Below, one piece after another: positions 59,573 to 64,000 of a DNA stretch of 64,000 nt (positions within the stretch are counted from its first letter, which is position 1; each line of letters begins with the position of its first letter). The stretch is from Azolla caroliniana. Its lineage: Eukaryota > Plantae > Polypodiophyta. The stretch spans positions 1,860,001-1,924,000 of the forward strand of contig JBHGNT010000008.1 of the NCBI GenBank assembly GCA_043228905.1, in the 5' to 3' direction. The notes beneath the pieces were generated by a model. That model did no database searches and had not been told where the DNA came from. It saw nothing but the letters and a program-made list of their open reading frames with translations. Position numbers and translations under genes: made by a program.

Positions 59573-60482
59573 CTCCTTGCCACCCGTCTTCACGTCGGGT
59601 TCACCAACTGTGTCGTGCCTTTCGGCTCCGGATCGTTGCGTGAGTCGGGTGGGAACCACAGAGGTCTTGGACTAGGAGAAAAGAAGTTCGTGAGATAGAG
59701 ATTAATTATGAGTAAATAGCAAAGAGAAAGATAAGAAACTCGTGAATCACACGAGTATACTATATTAATTGGTACTTAGGGTGTTAAGAGAGAAGTAGAT
59801 GTATAAATCGTGAATCCCACGAATAATTTTTGTATTAATTAATTCTTAATCCAAATAATCAACCCCTTTTACATATTTCTCTCCTCCTTATATAAGGAAA
59901 GAAGAGCTAAGCATGGCTTCATGCCTTTTTTTTTTTTACAAAAAGTGTTCATGTCCACTAAATGTGCATGTGATGCTTTTTTATTTCCTAAGTATAGGGC
60001 TCATGCACGCTAGATGTGCATGAGTTATTTTTAGTGTCTCGCGTTTTTCTTTTTCATATATTAAAAAAAATACACGATTTACCTTTTAATAAAGGTATGC
60101 ATAAATAAAGGTCTTATACGTATTAAATCTATATTTAAAACACTTAAGATAAGTTAATGTAATGGTAAGGTTGGGGTTTGTCAACGTGGAGGTGCAGAGT
60201 TTGAATCACGCCCTGCGCAGTAGTGAGTATTTCCTTTCTTTTTACATTTATGTCTCTTTATCCGGCTCTTCCTTGCCGGTATGCCGTTTTCTTCCTTGCC
60301 GGTATGCCGTTTTCCTCCTTGCCGGTATGCCGTTTTCTTCCGGTTCTCACCGAGCACTCCATTCTCTATCCGGAGGGACAAAAATATAATTTCCACATAG
60401 TGTGCAACCTACACTACGACAACGTGTATAGAATACTACGGTAAATTCTCACCACGGGATATTATATGGTCAGGCCCGTAAT

Positions 60483-61850
<1,368 letters not shown>

Positions 61851-61920
61851 TTTGTTTTTCCTGTTTTGCTTTCAAGCTATGTCAGCTGCAGAGGTTCTCA
61901 ACCCTCACGCTCTGATACCA

Positions 61921-62317
61921 TGAAAAAGATTATATGCGGAAGCAATAGAAAACGAACACAGAAAACACGCAGGTTTAATGGAGAGCTTGAATATACAAAG
62001 TACGCGGGAGAGACAGGGAGAGAGAACACAGAAAACTCAATTCAAAATAATACTCAATCTGTACATATACCGTTCTCAGTGAGCACCTTTTATACAAGCC
62101 TTGACAATAGGGCTGACACTAGTACTGACAGTACTTGACCACTCATAAATGAGCCTACTACTAGCTCCCAAAATTATTCCTTACGATGAATATCTACCCA
62201 ACGGCCTCATGGTTTTCACACCGATACGGCCATGTTATGCGTACCGATTTATGCACCCAGTCTACGCACTAGGTTATGCATCATATTACGCACGAATGTT
62301 GAGCTTGTCTCTCAAGA
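61921..62317 (-). repeat. Copia-B'' 5' LTR
   Basis: Adjacent to PBS TGGTATCAGAGC (61909-61920); right flank CTTCG lies in an integrase sequence. Confidence 0.9.
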
Positions 62318-63377
62318 CTTCGTAACCTTGATCGATGACTTCACTCGGCATACCTGGGCATGTACGATCTCGAAAAAGAGCGAAGTCTTTGCGTGTTTCC
62401 TGAAGGTGAAAAGGCTTGCGGAAAGGGAAACAGGGCGTAAGATCAAGCGATCGCGTGGTGCAGTAAGAAGCAGCCGACATTAGCATTGTCAAGCACGAAG
62501 GCCAAATATCGAGGGGTGACTGTCGCTACATGCGAAGTCCTTTGGCTGAAACCGCTATTACGGGATCTTCATGTGGAGGTGTCCAATCCGACGATGATCT
62601 ATTGCGACAACCTCAGTAGCATCCTCCTTGAAAAAACCCTGTATTCCACACCCAGACCAAGCACATTGAGATGCACTACCATTTTGTCCGTGAGCGTGTC
62701 CTTTCTGGTGAAGTCGAACTAGCGTATGTTCCGACGGGTCGGCAGATTGCCGACATCTTCACCAAGCCCCTTGGTCTCGACAAGTTGCGGCATTTCTCGG
62801 GTGAGTTGGGTTTGCGTCACCTTGGCATTCCGAACTTGAGGGGGAGACAGGAACAAGAGCATGGAAGGAGCGGTAGTGACTGTGGTGTCGAGACGGGTGC
62901 AAAATACGATTTCAGGCCGGCTGAAGAAGCTGAAGAAGAAAATAGGGGCCATAATCGCAAGGAAGAGCCGAAGAAAGCCAAACAAAGGGGAAATACAGCC
63001 AAGAAGGGAGTAAAGGCCAAGGCCAAGACGTGGTCTAAGGTTGTCAAGGGCTTGAAACAAAAGACGAATTGGAGACAGCCAATTCGGGCGAAAGTGGAAT
63101 TGAATCGGAAGTGATCGATTCAATCGAAATGTTCAATTCGAACATTACGAATCGATTGAGGGCCAAGCGTAGGAAAGGGCAGCGAAAGAGGCGCCAACAC
63201 CATGATAGCAAGGGAGCTGAGAAGAGCCACATGAGCAGACAAGCCGACCAGAAGGGTCGAAGCGCGTGGAATCGAACGGGTCGAGGAGCGCGAGTGAGGC
63301 GTGAAGCCACGAGAGGCTGGAGTGAAGATCCGGAAAAGCAGATGGAACCTCAAGTTGAGCTTGAGGGGGAGTGTTGA
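62318..63377 (+). pseudogene. pol: Copia-B' pol remnant: IN fused by a large deletion (~62450) to RNase H plus the tail
   Basis: FVTLIDDFTRHTW, then AIAWCSKKQP, HYHFVRERV and a tail ending ELEGEC*. Confidence 0.88.
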
Positions 63378-63788
63378 GAGACAAGCTCAACATTGGGTGC
63401 GTAACCTAGTGCGTAGATTGGGTGCGTAAAACCATACGCACAATATGGCCGTAGCAGTGTGTAAACCAAGAGGCCATTAGAATGTTATTCCTCGTAAGGA
63501 ATAATTTTGGGAGTAAGTGGAGGATGCTCATTTATGAACGGTCAAGTACTGTAAGTACTTGTGTCAACCCAATAGTCATGGCTTGTATAAAAGGTGCTCA
63601 CTAAGCACGAAGTATGTACAAAGTGTTATTTTTTCTCGTATAGAATTCTTATCTGCTCTCTCTCTCTCTTTCTCATTTTCTCTGTGTTCTCTATGTTTAC
63701 CGAATTGTCATATTCCCGATCTGCATACTCTGTTTTGTGTCTTACGCATACACTTCCGCACATGCACACACACACGTATTCTTTTACA
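63372..63788 (+). repeat. Copia-B' 3' LTR
   Basis: Follows PPT CTTGAGGGGGAG; TGTTGAG...CTTTTACA; followed by TGATT and AT-rich non-TE-looking DNA. Confidence 0.92.
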
Positions 63789-64000
63789 TGATTTTAGGTA
63801 GTTTTCAGAAACTTGATACAACAGTATCACATGTTTTAAATAACATATAGAATTTGCTAATTTTTTGAGATTTAATAAGTGTCAAAATGATAATTTCTAA
63901 AATTGAATAGTGTTTCAATAAATGTTTAAATGTTGACAAACTACAGATATGAAATGTAGTTAACTTAAAGAAACTCACAATGGTAATCGCCATTGGGAAT

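Larger units (their letters stand above)
53378..60421 (-). mobile_element. Gypsy-W3, youngest complete element, TSD ACGT
   Basis: LTRs 53378-54257 and 59611-60421 differ by ~2 substitutions plus repeat number; PBS TGGTGAACCCGACGTGA at 59590-59606; PPT 54258-54270; ACGT at 53374-53377 and 60422-60425. Confidence 0.97.

Noticed and set aside
63794-64000. Host gene in the AT-rich right flank (ORF 63805..63993)
   Set aside because: Short, low-complexity and without motifs; treated as intergenic DNA.

Overview
The window is almost entirely nested LTR-retrotransposon DNA. It is probably plant heterochromatin; the element types suggest a non-seed land plant, which is inference. I find no host protein-coding gene, intact RNA gene or CRISPR array. 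Four families were resolved from LTR termini, primer-binding sites (PBS), polypurine tracts (PPT) and target-site duplications (TSD). (i) Copia-A is Tnt1/Tork-like, with a tRNA-iMet PBS (1-3841, 3842-4779, ~34243-47852). (ii) Copia-B has ~404-bp LTRs TGTTGAGAGACAAGC...TTTTACA: a complete copy at 28560-34102, a solo LTR at 50679-51081, and a probable outermost copy at 16199-63788 holding ~47 kb of nested insertions. (iii) Gypsy-W is tRNA-Trp-primed with 4-bp TSDs (4780-16079, non-autonomous 17321-21610, ~22067-28088, young 53378-60421). (iv) Gypsy-R is Athila/Tat-like (38264-46864) and carries an extra ~2.6-kb coiled-coil ORF after pol. There are also a hAT-type MITE, a solo LTR and a chromovirus-like pol fragment. 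The main signals are: a conserved -1 frameshift cassette (GGAUUUU plus a covarying H-type pseudoknot) between Gag-PR and RT-RH-IN in three Gypsy-W copies; CpG-containing target sites for Gypsy-W (ACGT/CCGT) and Copia-B (CGAAY); near-total CAG/CTG avoidance in the youngest Gypsy-W; tRNA-like Pol III A/B boxes in Gypsy-W LTRs; and a ~180-aa charged Pol tail between duplicated PPTs in Copia-B. All counts and alignments were done by eye.
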